Positions 1-13,218 of a stretch of DNA of 64,000 nucleotides are shown here, piece by piece (positions within the stretch are counted from its first letter, which is position 1; the number at the start of each line of letters is the position of its first letter). The notes beneath the pieces were generated by a model. It saw only the letters and a program-made list of their open reading frames with translations. It was not told where the DNA came from and ran no database searches. Location: NCBI GenBank assembly GCA_000708835.1, contig DF237373.1, forward strand, positions 15,803 to 79,802, written 5' to 3'. Source of the DNA: Klebsormidium nitens. Lineage: Eukaryota; Plantae; Klebsormidiophyceae. Position numbers and translations under genes: made by a program.

Positions 1-2281
1 CAACAATCAAAGAGATTCAGTCACAAATGTGCTTGCCCGAAGATGCTTTTCTTGACGGCGACTTGAAATCTGTTGTCATTTTGTGTGAGGCGTCATGAGA
101 CTAGTGTTTGTGGATTGCTCCTCGACTTTAGCTTTTGTAAGTGGGTGACTTTACATCAACACACTCCAATCGGCCTCCTGTCTTGTAGTCAATCCAGCTA
201 TTGCGGACTGTTCCGGACTGTACTGCACTCAAGCCAACAGGGGATCCTAAATGCGAATTGGAAAGAACGTGGACTCCACAACGCTTTTACTTGACGCTTG
301 CCCCCGTTCGTTACTGACTTGGTCGTGAGGCTGCGCTTTCCAGGTTGGGGGTTACGTCACCAAGTACAAGGGGCTGACGTTTTCGACGGTCCGGGACGCG
401 GGGCACATGGTCCCCTACACGCAGCCCGCGCGCGCGCTGCACCTCTTCAAAACGTTCATCCAAGACGGGCAGCTCTAAACCCGATCACTAACCCGACCAA
501 GGTTTCGAACATTTGCCGACGTCGCGGCTTTCCGCTTGGTGACTTTCTTATCCTTAACTCAGATTTTTAGCGGTTCTAGAGGTTCGTGTCAGTAGAAAGC
601 TAGGCTTGCAATGCGTGCACAGGTGCTCGATGTTGGACTATTCGCGTCTCCGCAACTCGTCCTTGCACGCTTTGTCCGATGTTGAGATTTGGTTCCATTG
701 AGCGGACACTATCACACGCAGCGAATTTATCGGGTGCAAATCTTCCGCTTTACCGGAAGTTGAAAAGTACATCCGCAATGACGGCAGAAGCGACACAGAA
801 CCACCGAGTAGCAGCTGTTTGTTGCCAAAACAATACATCGTCGGATGACCTTGTGGCGATCGCGTCTTGGCGACCAAGTTTGCATATTTCTTTGTTGATG
901 TTTTGCGAGATCACTGAACTAGCTTAAGGCTTATGTGCTCACATTTTCAACCACCAAAGCTAGGCTTCTATGTATGAGCGACGTCCATGTTTCCGACGGT
1001 CGGTTCGGCCAATTTATGTTTGTGCACATGCACTACATGGGTAGTGCGCACACCAGGACCGTACGTCCGTCCAGCATGCACAATAGCGGGGGCACTATAT
1101 ACAATGATGAGCTCCGGCGCCATATACATGTACAATGCCAAATCAGTACGCCAGGCTCATTATCATATAGTGCATCATGCATGACCGTCATGTAAATCTT
1201 CTCCTCGGATGAAATTAGAGTCGGAATTGTGGTTCGAAAATTGTGGTTCTCTGAATGCGAATTAAAGCCAACTGAGTGTGCTCACACTGAGCCGTTATTC
1301 ATGCAGTGTGACTTTGCAGTTGGACATTCACATGCGCGTGTGAATGCCGCCCCTAGCTCTGCGCCAACTGCAGAGCTCTGGCTTTGCAATCAGTGGATCA
1401 CTCAGCACTAGCATGACGCTCGCTAAGAGCTCGGCGCTTCTTTAAGAAGCAACCTATTATGTGCAAGCGCGGCGGCGCCTTCCGTACGAAGTAGCTTGAT
1501 TTGTGTGAAATACTTATATGCAGTTTGCTCGTATCAATGCTCGTGTGATCTGCGCATTGTTCCATTGCCATGCTGATGCTCAGCATGTTAGCAGCCTCAG
1601 GGAATCATACCTCTAATAAAGGTCACTCATGCTAGGCCTGCATATACTGTACGAGATATGGTATGTCCATGAATTGCTCATGGAAGGCATCCTATCTATA
1701 CAAGTTTGCAGACAGACTGAGATGTCATTGATTGGTCGGCATAATCATCAATCATACAAGACAGCGGCGTCAGCACATGCAACCGAGAACAAAGTTATCC
1801 AAAAGTAGTTGCCAACGAACTACGCAATTAGCACAGCGTCCCAAAGACGTGACCCGGAAGGGACGTTAACCAGTCGACCTAGCTAGAAAAACCTGATCCG
1901 TGCTAAACTACAACATTGACTCGGCAATAAGCTCGACGATGTTCCTCCCCCTCGTCTCCTTTGACCTTCACTTGGATTCTTGTTTGTGTAAGGGCGCACC
2001 CCAAAACCATCTATGTATACCAGCAAGGTCTTTATGATTGTTTCTAAACCTCTTCCAAACTCCCACACACAACGAGAAAAAACCTACGGTTTTCCCGTCT
2101 CCAGCCCCCCAAAGTCAAGAGACCTCGGCTTAAGCGTTGCCCTAAGTAATCTCTTGAACTCTAACCTGACGTTAGCGTATCTCTGCGCAGCTTTTCGCGT
2201 CTACCTGCCCGTCCAGAAGCAACCGTAAGAGTGCGCATGCACCGCGTTAGTCCAAAATTCCTACGCTCCAGAAGCGTGCTG

Positions 2282-5200
2282 CTAAGACAATACCATTGCG
2301 GTACGCTGCGGGTTAATCCCGCGCGGTCTACCCCCTTCTAGGCTCTGCTGCGGGGGGTTCGTTATCGGCGGCAGCCGCCACCACTCCACGCCCGCAGACC
2401 TGGCCTCTTCTTTCCAACTGCGTCTCGCCCCTCTCGCCTCATTATGTAACAACGGCGCCTGGTAAGCCGACGACTCCTTCACAATCGCCTGGCTACTGAC
2501 CCCATCTTTCAGCACCCCCCCGGGAGTGCCTATCGTGCATCTCCGCGCGTTCTGCCCCCCTTCGTGCATGTGCGCAAGATCGTACTCGAACCGCGCCCTC
2601 CCTTCCGTCCGGTCCGCAAACAGCGGGTGCTCGCGCGGCCGCAAACCCGCCTTCCTCCGCCTATCATCGACTGCCATCTGGCCGGACGTGGACGGCTCGT
2701 TCCAGTCGTCCCCGCCGTCGGAGTAGTACGCCGCGCCCCGCTGAAACGCCCGCGGGACGCTGTTCACGTCGCCGGAAACAGGGCCTCCGAGGCTGTGCCT
2801 GGCACTGGGTGGGGCGCTGGCGGACACGGGGGCCTTGTTCACGGGCGCGCGAGCGAGCGGCGCGCTTCCGGCGGCCGTCGAGTGGTGCGCTCTCCGGACG
2901 AAGTGGCCCGTCCGGGCAGGAAGATCGCGGGCGCCCTCCGATACGGAGGACACCGCTCTAACGATGGGATGGTGGGAAGTTGTCGTGTCGCTGCAAACCA
3001 AGAGGCGATGAATTTCAGCATATAGTGTAATTCGCGACCTAAAAACCAATTTGAACACTCTTCCTTATGAAAAAGAAGTGACTCAACACGGGTCGTATCG
3101 ATACAAACAGGATTAGACGTGACGTTGACCAATCCAAAAGCGAAGTAACAGCAAGCAAACCATGCAAAGGTTTGCATGAAGGTCGAGCTGTGACAGGGGC
3201 ATCATTTCGCAAGCGAAGTCGAGAAAAATGCGTAACGAATCCCCGCACACTCGCTCAACCAGCGTAGAAGGCAAACGAGAAAGAACATTTTGAAGAGAAA
3301 CAGCCTGCGGACCTTGGCAACGAAGGAAGTGACCAGCCGGCAATGCGCATCACAGAACCTTTGCGTACCTTCCCAGCCCCGCCCCATAGCGTATCCTCTC
3401 CGTCTCCTCCCCCTGCGACACGGCACCCTCCGCCAGACCTCCCTTGCTCGCTCTCGGCGGTCTCTCCAACACACTGCTCCCCCGGCGCTCGCTTGGCTGG
3501 GCCGCCGGCAGCCCTTGCGCCAGCGCGCACTCCCCTTCACTATGGTGCCGCCGGTTTTGCAGCAGAAACTCCCCGGAGGCCTCTTTCAGACTCCGCCCCC
3601 TGGGTCTAACTTGCGCGTACTCGCCAGCGCTCGTCGCGCCCCCAAACGACCCGTCCCTGGTTGCTCGCTCTCTCCGCACGGTCGCCGCCCCTCGCTCGAT
3701 CCTCCGAGCCGTCTCCTCGCGCACCGCCTGCGACACCGCAATGTCGAAATGCTTGCTGCTCATACTGCTGCTCGACCCCGACCCCCCATGAACGGTCTCA
3801 CTGCTCGACGCGCTCCGCGCCTCCGTCGAACTCCCCCCCCCGGATGACCCGTTGCTATCTCTCCCCTGGGAAGATCCGTTCCGGCCCTCGGCCTCCCCTT
3901 CCTCGGGGCTGGTCGAGCGGCCGTCGCTGGCAGGGGGATCCCCCGACCCCTCCGAGCGGCTTCCCGGAGGTGTCGCGTCCGCAGCTGCGTAAGGTCTTGA
4001 CATCCGGACACGTGAGGGTTGGCCGTTCAGGTCATGGGGAGGGGTTGGTTCTCTGGAGGGGGCATTGGCGGGATTCACGGCCCTCCGCGACCGAACAGTG
4101 ACCGCGGGTCGTAGGGACTTTGGCGGGGGCCCGATGGGCGGTGAGGGGCTCTTGTACTGGACCGTGACGCATTCAGGGGTCAGGAGTAAGGCGCTGTCGC
4201 TGACAGGCTGCCTGAGTGGCTTGTGGGGGCTGACAGTGTCCGGTCGCAACGGCAGGGGGGCGGGGCGCATCCCCGCCTTCCCGACATTTTCCAAAGCTCG
4301 ACCCGCTGGCTCGTACGCCTTCCATGAAGAAGCAGCCTGGGGAGGTCGCCGATACACCGAGAACGCACTGGGGGCCTTTCCTTCGGACACATAGGCCGCG
4401 AAAGGCATTGGGCGGGCGCTGGACGTCCGACCGCCGGAGCTCCCGAAGTCAGCGTCCGAAACGGGCCAGATGCCGAACACCTGGTGACCGTCCGAAACGG
4501 ACCCGCGGTGGTGCGTCCGAGTAGCACTGGGGAAGACTGCAGAGCTGCACCCAATCACCTCGTACCCTTCTTCGTTGAGCTCGGGGGACGAACTAGACGC
4601 GTCCACGTGGAACACGTGGACCACTTCCTTGTCTTCGGCCTCGTCGTCACCAAGAATCATGTCGCGGTCGAGCGCCTCGATCAGGCTCGCCTGCTGGGGG
4701 CTCCGCGGCGAGCGCCGCGCGCGGTGCGCCGCCGTGACTTCCCGCCGCTTCACCCGCGCCTCGCGCATCTCCCGCACGCCCCGTGGGTTGCCCAGCCCCT
4801 CGCCGTAATAGTCCATCCCCGTGTTCTCCCAATTCGAGGACCCCTTGGAGTCGACGTTCCACCCGGGCTCGCCGGGCCCATACTGATCTTCCAACGACGA
4901 TCCGCTCCGCGAGAGGTCTTCGCCCGAGGTCACATGGTAGCACGTCGGAGCGGACTCGGCCTTGTACATGGGCGGCCGGTGCAAGAGACTCCAGCCCGGG
5001 GGACCCTTCCGGTTGGGCGGCCCTGGCCCCTCTTCGTACGGCTCTTTTCGATCGTACCGCATATTTGGGGGGCAGAACGGCACTGCCCGGATCGGGATTG
5101 GGCGATACAGCGGCGACGCCCTCGTGGGTGGAGGGTCGGAGAGGACGCTCGGCCGTCCAGAAGGCGGCCGCGGCTCCGGTGGGGGGCTTGGGGACGACCC

Positions 5201-8200
5201 GCCAACGTCCCCGCTTTGGGGAGGCCACTCCGCAAACCGGGGGGTGGCCGGGAAGGGTGCGGGACCCCCCCGCGTGTAAAGATCAGGGGCCTGAGGAGGT
5301 GTCATTTCCGCGGGGTAGCGCCCGCGTGCAGGAGAGCAATCGGAGGAGGTGCTGGTCTCGGTCTCTGTGCCGGACTCCCGGAGCTCGGGAGAGCAGACGA
5401 GGTGCAGGCGGCGCGCCTGATCACGGAGACTGTGGTAAAGGACCACGGGGTTGAAGGCGCGGCCGGCCCCGCGGCGGTGCTGGGGGGGGGCGGCGGTGGC
5501 GTGCGCAGTGATGAAGGCCTTGGCACGGGCCCTGGAGAAAGGGGGTTCACGGTGAGACACTGGCAGACCTTCTGAACCTGACACAAGCGACAGAGCATGG
5601 CTGTCAAGATGAGACTGCTGCCTCCGTGGATTTGGAGATATGCAGTGGGGATGAAAGAAGCGACGTAGACCATGATGGCAAAAGGGCTGTGAAAGCGGAA
5701 TGAGTAGATTCTGTCACAAGCATCATGGTTCACCAAGTGTCGGCAAAGCAATCAACCTTTCCTAGGTCCACCACAACTCGAGCTACAGTTGTCGCGTACG
5801 AAACAAACCGCGCCACCCGAATTGTGAGCATGCTGCGCCAAGTGAGTCTCTGGTGATGACGAGTCGGGAGGTTCGTAAGGACTTCTTACCTCAAGAAAGG
5901 CAGCTCCAAAAGCTCTGAGGCGAGGGGCCGATGCTGCGGGTCGAGCGTGAGCATGCACGCGACGACGTTCCGAATCTCGGCACTATAGCTGGAGGCAAGA
6001 AGGTTTCGAAACAGTCAGCAACAGCGCAGTTAAGGATAGTCGTCCTGTTTGAAGCCGCCAGAAAACCATAACATTCCAAAAACGTAATCCGAGGACTTGG
6101 AGGAGTCAAATAAGCGGCCGTTCAGCTGGTTGGTAATTGCAAGCTTATTTCTGTTTGATTGGGCACGGAGTATACGTTTTCAATTAGCAGCAGAGGAACA
6201 AATATGAAGCAAACCTCCATCTTTCCACTTTTCTCCCCTTGGACCACAGCTTGTATCCTCAAGAAGAGCTTGCAGAGACGATTCTAAGGAGCAGACATCT
6301 GATGTCGTTGAGGATGAGACATCAACAATTGCAGACCACATCTTTTCAAGTGATGGATATGGAAGAACGACCTATGGACGGAAGCCCAAGAAGTCGACGA
6401 TAGGTTTCTACCTTGATTGGATTGGGGGGTAGAGGCCCCTCGTGACCTCTGCCGCAAGGTCCGGAAAGTTTTTCGCTTTGAAGGGTTGCCGTAGGCAGAG
6501 CAACTCGTAGAGAACGCACCCAAGAGCCCAGATATCTGTCAACCACAAGAAGAGTGAGTTAGTAGGTTAGACAGCCCTGCAAAACTCAAAAAAACTTGCC
6601 AATTCAAAGCAAATGTGTCCCCCCAAAAACCGTGCGCAATCATGAAGTCGGCAAACATGTTGTCTGCTGTGAACATAGGAGCGGCCAACAGGAAGGCCTG
6701 CGAGCATTCCCAACCTGTGCAATCAAACGCTGTGCCTTTGCAATCTGGTAGAAAGGCTTCAATGGCTTTTAATCAAGATACCAAATGCATGCACCTCACT
6801 GGAAGGTGTAGATGCATACATAGCTAAGCAGAATGACTTACCAGTTTTGTAATTGTAAGGTCTCCCCTTGAACAACTCGGGGGACATGTAGTATGGCGTC
6901 CCGACGAACGTTGAGGCTAGAGCGTCAGATGAGTCCAACACACGAGCTATGCCAAAGTCCTGTGACATAAACAAAAGAACATTAGGAAGGCCTCACGGCA
7001 GATAGGTAAGGCAGCTGAGGATGTTTCCGCAGAAACAAGCACCTAAAGCAAATGGATTTGAGGGCCAGGAAGTGTCAGGCATATAGCAACAACAGGTTCT
7101 TGTCGCATGCAAGGGTCACGCTGGTTGCAATGAAGGACCTTGCTTGCATGCAAGACGACCTCACCCCCAATTGTGCAGTGATGATCTGAGGCCCCCCACT
7201 GAGAGGTTGATGCAAGAAGATGTTCTCAGACTGCGATACGGAGGAGGCGCAAAAGGTGAGATGAGCGAGGAGTCAAGAGGGGCAAGGGCACACGAATGGG
7301 CGGAATAAAGGTACCTCAAGAGCCAAGAAACTTTCGTAATAGGTATCAAACCTGCTCTTTAGCTAACAATGGCATAAGCAAAAAGGAGAAACAGAGTTGT
7401 CAGAAGCAGCCCTCTGGCCACGTTTAACCTCATATTGGGACTGAGGGGTTCAGAAGAAGCTGGGCATGACCTTGAGGTGACGAAATCAGAACAATCAGAC
7501 CCAATAGTTGGGGGAAGGGGGTTAAATTCGTACCTTGATGTCTCGATGCAGAATCCTCTGCTTATGCAAGTACTCCAGCGCAAGAAGAGTGTGCACCAGC
7601 CAATCAGTGACAAGGTCCTCTGGAAAGCTGCAAGCACAACAACAGTCCAGTCAGCACAGGCCTCTTTTTTAGGAGGGAGCCTTTGAACATCCCCACTCTG
7701 TGTGGGGTTCAGCGATGCACGAGACCAACGCGGAAATCTGTGAAACCCAAGACTGAACGGTGGGGCATGCATTGTACAAATAATCCTGAAGGGCGGGGGG
7801 GAGGGGGGTGGGGTCCTAGTAGAAAAAATAAAGGGGAAATTGTGTTGCATGAACAACCAAGGGGGGGTGGCTTTGGAAACGCTAATCTCCTTCAGCCAGC
7901 ACAAGGGGCTACCTCTGAAGATAACTCAGCTCTTTGCAAAACTGTCTCGATATACACCAATGGACAATTCAGAACCAGCAGGGGGGTCCTTGCAAAGGTC
8001 TTCGTAGGGAATCAATCTGGTCGGGGTTTAACTTCATCCAAGCTCAAAATATCTCCAGATCCTAGACCAGCCCTGCCCGAAATCACACAGAAGTATGGAA
8101 AAGCGATAAACCTCACCTTTGTCCCAACTCTGCCTGCTGCTTGATCCGCGTGCACAAGTCGCCGCCCTTGCAATGCTCCATGACTGGGGAGAAACGAGCA

Positions 8201-9788
8201 AGTCAGGGAATGTCATAAGGCCCAGGGCCGAAACATGCACAGACAGGTCTAAACTTGCACATCGCAACGGGGGTGAGAGGACAAAGAGCAGCTGAAACCC
8301 CCTCCAAAGAGTGCATCTGAGGATTCAGGCCAGGGGGGCTTACCAATACACAGAGTCTGCTGCTCATGCACGAAGCTCTCCTGCAGGAAATAAGGAGAAG
8401 CTAGGGGGTCAGATGGATATCATAGATGAAGGACCAAAGATGCTGACATAGGTTGCGGGTCAATGTTCTGCGTAAACAGCTCCTAAACCCCTGCAAAACT
8501 CTGACCTACGTTCAGCTATGAAATCCCAGCAAGAAGGCGGTCTAGGGACAACATCTCCGAGTTGGCTCTCAGCAGCAGTTGACCTAGCAACAGCTTCCAG
8601 TGTCGAGCAGCGTGTCTCAGAAGCGCAACAGCTGCTCAAGAATCAGAGATCTCTGTGAGGTTGAGTCTGAATGTTGTGAGCCACAACTCTGAGTCTGCGC
8701 CTGTCCCTCCAGCCAGCTTGGTGTAATGCTTCTATTTTAGCAGGTTATGCATGACATGGTGATAGCTGAGAGGGGGCCTTCCACTCTTCCAACGCTGCTC
8801 AACCACATTATGCTGGCCATAGTTCGCTAAGAAGACTACATGATCGTGAAGTCTAGCTTTGCAATGGGGTCTGCTTCCTCACATCCTGCCGATTCAAGGG
8901 GTATCTGCTGCTCAGTCCACATTCTCAAGGGTTTCCAATTCTCTTGCTCTCATGACACTCCCCGCTTTGCAGAGCTCGGCTGCCTACGCTTTCAGAAGCC
9001 AAAGCCCTTCCTTGCTGTGCTAGAAGCTTCAGTGATCCCGCTCCAGACTAAAGGCTAAACTGCCCGCCGGCTTGCTAAAGAGTCTGCTCTAAAAGCTAAC
9101 TCTTGTGGAGCAAACTGCACGGCTGACTGGCAAATGCAACAGTTTCCCGGAGGCAATGCCCGAGTCTGTCTTCATTGCAACAGTCTGTTCAGCTCTTTTC
9201 AAACCTCCACTTCCTTGACTCTGTGCTACAAAGAGGGCTCGCATTGCCTGCCTTACCTACTTGCCAACAAAACACTGAATTGTTGGGGGAAGCATCAGCC
9301 ACAAAAGGAGGCCAGTGGTCGCTTCTTATGACCCCAGCTCTCCTTAAAACAGCTACAAGCTTTGCTTACTACATGAACTAGCAAAGGCATGCCAGCGAGT
9401 GAGTTCTACAGGGCCTGCCGTGAACACAGCCAAACACATCACTTCACATCAGCATTTGCACCCTCAAGCTTGAACAGAACCAAAAAGTTTGTGTCGAACC
9501 CTAAAGCTGATGGCCCACCTTGCATGAAACAACACAAGGATGGTGCAGATACTGCATCGTAGAGCCCTCTCTGATGGCATCCTCATACTGCTGAGGTTGG
9601 GGGAACTTGGAAGGCAGCGAAACCATCTTCATGACCCACTCCTTCTTCCTGCTCCCCGCCCCTGGGCCATCTTCCGGTTTCTCCCTCACCAAAAAGATCC
9701 GCCCTTGAGCACCCTCTCCCATTCTCCTCAAAATCTGATATCCATCCAGCTCGTTGTCCATCTCTCCCTGCTGGACCTGCTCTTCCAT
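2282..9788 (-). CDS. NEK: NIMA-related (NEK) Ser/Thr kinase with a long Pro/Ser/Arg-rich C-terminal tail, about 1277 aa, 11 exons
   Basis: Seen: exons 9788-9519, 8380-8344, 8183-8117, 7627-7534, 7230-7165, 6959-6842, 6535-6412, 5988-5890, 5849-5809 (tentative), 5577-3369, 2990-2282, all GT-AG and phase-consistent. Motifs: [92 protein letters not shown]. Knowledge: these match the NEK family. The subfamily was not resolved. Confidence 0.9.
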
Positions 9789-10774
9789 TCTTTGACACAA
9801 AGTGCCCTCGCTAAACTATATCATACGTCTTCCTCGCCTGTAATGCAGCCCTCTTGCATCTTCCCACGCCTTTGGGCCAACAGTCCTGCGCAAGCCCCTA
9901 CTCTTGGTGGTAAACCTGCTCCCTAGAGCCCAGAAAAGTTCCTGCCCTTCGCAACATTTCTGCGAACAGTCGCCAACCCTCGGAGATATTTTCGTCGCAA
10001 TTATCTTCGCGACGACGCCATGAAACCAGCTTTCCCGAATCACGCCACGGCGGTCTCCTGAGTCACCCCTGTGCGCTCGAAAAGTTGAAACCCCCTCCTG
10101 ACTAGGACGGCAACAGCACGGCAAAAGCGGTTGTCATTTCATGTGCGTCTTCATTCCATCAGATTTTTCTGACCCGCTATGAGAAACTACCCTTGCCAGA
10201 AGTAGGGTATACGAGGCTGGACTTTTATCGTAACCGCTCAAAGTATTCCCCGGTTCAGGTTACTACCGGGCTACTTTACCTTGGTTTCTGAGCCCAAACA
10301 AGCCCGGATCTTCTGCGACGACAGGCGGTTTTGAGGATAAGCACGTCAAATCCCCTGAACGTCCTGCACGTGATCCCGAGATACTCTATAATTGGGTTCC
10401 TACGGTCGGCTTGCCTACGCGAGATATCGAGCCAACCGTATCTGCAGATATTTGAATTTCCACAACTTCGAGGAGTCGACACGGTGCTCGGAGGTTGCGT
10501 CAGATATTTCTAGCTAGGAGTACAGTTGGAGCAGCTCGTGGGTCCAGAAATCTCAGGCCGGTTTGCCAGATTTGATTGGATCGTGACGCACACCACCGTC
10601 ACCGAGCCTGCGGCCGCGGGCCCTTTCCAAGCCTTCTAAGTTAATGAACGATGCAGATCCATCGGCGCGGCTGCTCACCCTTTATCGACGGCAACGATGA
10701 TCCTAGCCACCAGTCGGTATGTTATATTAGTTTAGCACCGTCCGGTCTGCATGGACTGATTCCAAGTTCGGACG

Positions 10775-10830
10775 GTAGACCCCAGATGATTAGTACCTAC
10801 CGGTAACCGCACTAATTATCTGGGGTCTAC
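10775..10830. repeat. 20-bp inverted repeat hairpin with a 16-nt loop
   Basis: Seen: GTAGACCCCAGATGATTAGT (10775-10794) and ACTAATTATCTGGGGTCTAC (10811-10830), 19 of 20 complementary. Confidence 0.85.
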
Positions 10831-10967
10831 GAGTCACGACACGGTGTACCTAACAGCAACCGGTAGATGTCCCCCCGGGGGAACGGGCAGCGGTGCGTAC
10901 GCCGCTCACTTGGACTTGAGCTTTAGTGAGACACGCGTCCGCATATACCACCCAGGGCGACGCCCGG

Positions 10968-11589
10968 ATAAGAACACTGAGGTCAGTGCAGCCTGGGCTT
11001 TAATTTTGAGTCCACCATTCGGAGTGTCCCTCGATGGGACACCCTGAATCCGGCATTCTGATTGGCCGAACCCACGTCAGCAGGTCGGGCGGACTCAGTA
11101 ACGCAAGACCCAAAAGTGATGTCGCGACCGCCGGAGTCTATAGGATGCTCACGACTCAAATTCGACCGGCCGGTATACTAAAGGTATAATTTTCTCGCCG
11201 GAAACGGCGGATTTCGGTGTTTGACAGCTTATGATTTTGACTTGACGGGATAATATGAACTTCAGTGCGCTACTCCGAGCCTCGGAGTGCACTGTGTGCG
11301 GCTCCTTATAGTATCAGGCAGTCGCGTATGTGCTAATTTTCAGGACCAGCCTACCTAGCTAGCTAATACTCCTGCAGTACTGATTCAGTCTGAGCCGCAG
11401 ACTCGGCGTTACAGTCGCGCCGTTGCGGTTAGTACCGACTAGGGTACCAAGGCTTCACAATGCGGACCGGTACCCGCCGATGCAACCAATCAGAGCGCTC
11501 CATTCGATGGGACACTTTCGAGGGACACTCGGTCCGACGCCGTGGTGGACTCAAAATTTAGGCCTGGTTCTGGAGTTTAGTGTCCTTAT
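10968..11589. mobile_element. Degenerate fold-back / MITE-like inverted-repeat element
   Basis: Seen: colinear inverted matches 10968-10978 / 11579-11589 (10 of 11), 11002-11017 / 11543-11558 (16 of 16), 11022-11034 / 11518-11530 (13 of 13), 11057-11065 / 11486-11494 (9 of 9). No transposase ORF or clear target-site duplication was seen. Confidence 0.45.
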
Positions 11590-13218
11590 GGCGGCGGCGG
11601 CGGCGGCCCCGGGTGACATCTGAATTGCGTCTAGACTCCAGAGTCCAGGTCCTGAAGCTCCGAGCATTGAAAGGCCGCGAGCAAGCTCGAATACCCGTAG
11701 GATATCCCAGGTATGTTCTCTTTCGACACTCGTTCTAGATCCACCGATGCCAAGGATTGACCGATCCTATGTCCCATGTGGCTTTGGCGTGTCGAATCAA
11801 TTCAATGTAGACATAGTAGTGACCAAAACAAGCCTCGATCCAGCGCTGGTAAGCCCAATGACATGTGGTTCGTTTAGGCTTGAGATATTGCAATCATCTT
11901 CATGTAAACGAATGTATGAAGAGGCAAATACTAAGCATTATACGGTATCAAGCTACAGTTGGTCAATGGTATATGACGAGGGTCACCAACATTGGAAGAC
12001 TGACTTGAAAGTAGACACATTTCATGCAGGCAGGTAGACGAAGTTCTATTTTACTATACCCGGATAAAATATGAGTTTCGAGCGCGATCACAAAATCTCT
12101 GAACCGAAGTGGGTTGTCAATAAGCTTTCGCAAACCATAAACCTCTTGATTGGTGCCTACCAGCCACGAGACTCCATAAGAAAGCCGGGCATTGCAGTTT
12201 ACAGCAACTGAACACTGTCATGGTACAACTTCACTTGCCAAAAGGGCCATGAAACTTTCAACAAGCATGAGAATGACTAAGAAAAAATGCCTTTGACTGC
12301 AACTTAGGTAACGAGAACAAGGCCGTCTAGCACTCTTACTTGCACGTCCATGCAAGCCTCTCTCAAAACTCGCTGATAAAACTAGCTAGTAACAGAACTC
12401 CATTGCTTGTGTCACTGCAGTTCGTTTGCCCACTTTAAGTAGGCTCTCTCTCCTCCTCCACCGCTCGTCCACTGCATAAAGCATAGGAGCAAATATCGTA
12501 AGATAACTTGGGTGTGTAGCAAAGGAAACATGCGCACACGGAGTCTTGATCAAGAAGAAAGCGGGCGAAAGGAGCCTCTTCTCGAACTTATGCTTGCCCT
12601 AGGAAAATACCCAAGAGACTAACCTTCACTGCACTATGCCGCAGCTTCTCTGAAGCACAGCAGCTATCCTGGTCGCTTTCTGCAGCAGAAACGGGATAGC
12701 CAAATCTGTCAGGCCTGTGGTCTGAACAGGGACAAAAAACATCCGAAGCAGATGCTGACGGCCGTATTGCTTGAGCGCATGCTAGAGTGCAACATAAAAA
12801 CAATCCCAAGAGAGTTGCGAACATCGGTGCCTTCCAGTCAACATCCACAGCAGACGAACCGGGATACTACCGCACATCTCACCAGTTTGTTCCAAGCGAC
12901 AGGGCTCACGACAGCTGCTTCCCGCCAAACCGTCTCTGTATGGCTGGCGTCAGAATCGAAACCACCCCCGCTGCTGCCACCGCGCATCCTAGCTGTACAC
13001 CTAGACTCCTCGACTGACACCGACTCCCCTCCGCTCAATCGCAACTGCACCAGACCCTTCCTACTCTCAGCGTGATTGTCAAGGGCGCTCCCTCTCGATT
13101 CACGGCTACACACCCAAAACCCTCCAGACCCTGCGGCGGCGGTGGCAGCAGCGGGGTGCGGGGGGAATCTTGGCGGCAGCGTGCGTGGCGAGAGGGGAGA
13201 AGGGAGAGATGGCCAATC

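Noticed and set aside
638-927. Short ORFs near the window start
   Set aside because: About 80 aa, with no motif I recognise and no exon chain. They could be a relic but are unsupported.
4484-5575. 363-aa + strand ORF and many other ORFs overlapping the NEK tail
   Set aside because: These are shadow ORFs of a GC-rich coding exon on the opposite strand, with no recognisable motifs.
6284-6400. Apparent exon after a TCCATAG acceptor in the NEK gene
   Set aside because: It encodes non-kinase sequence and a stop. The exon at 5988-5890 correctly supplies subdomain XI.
7723-7730. Possible 8-nt micro-exon (RFPQ) in the NEK gene
   Set aside because: It is not needed. The acceptor at 7628 gives an in-phase GQSFPEDLV directly.
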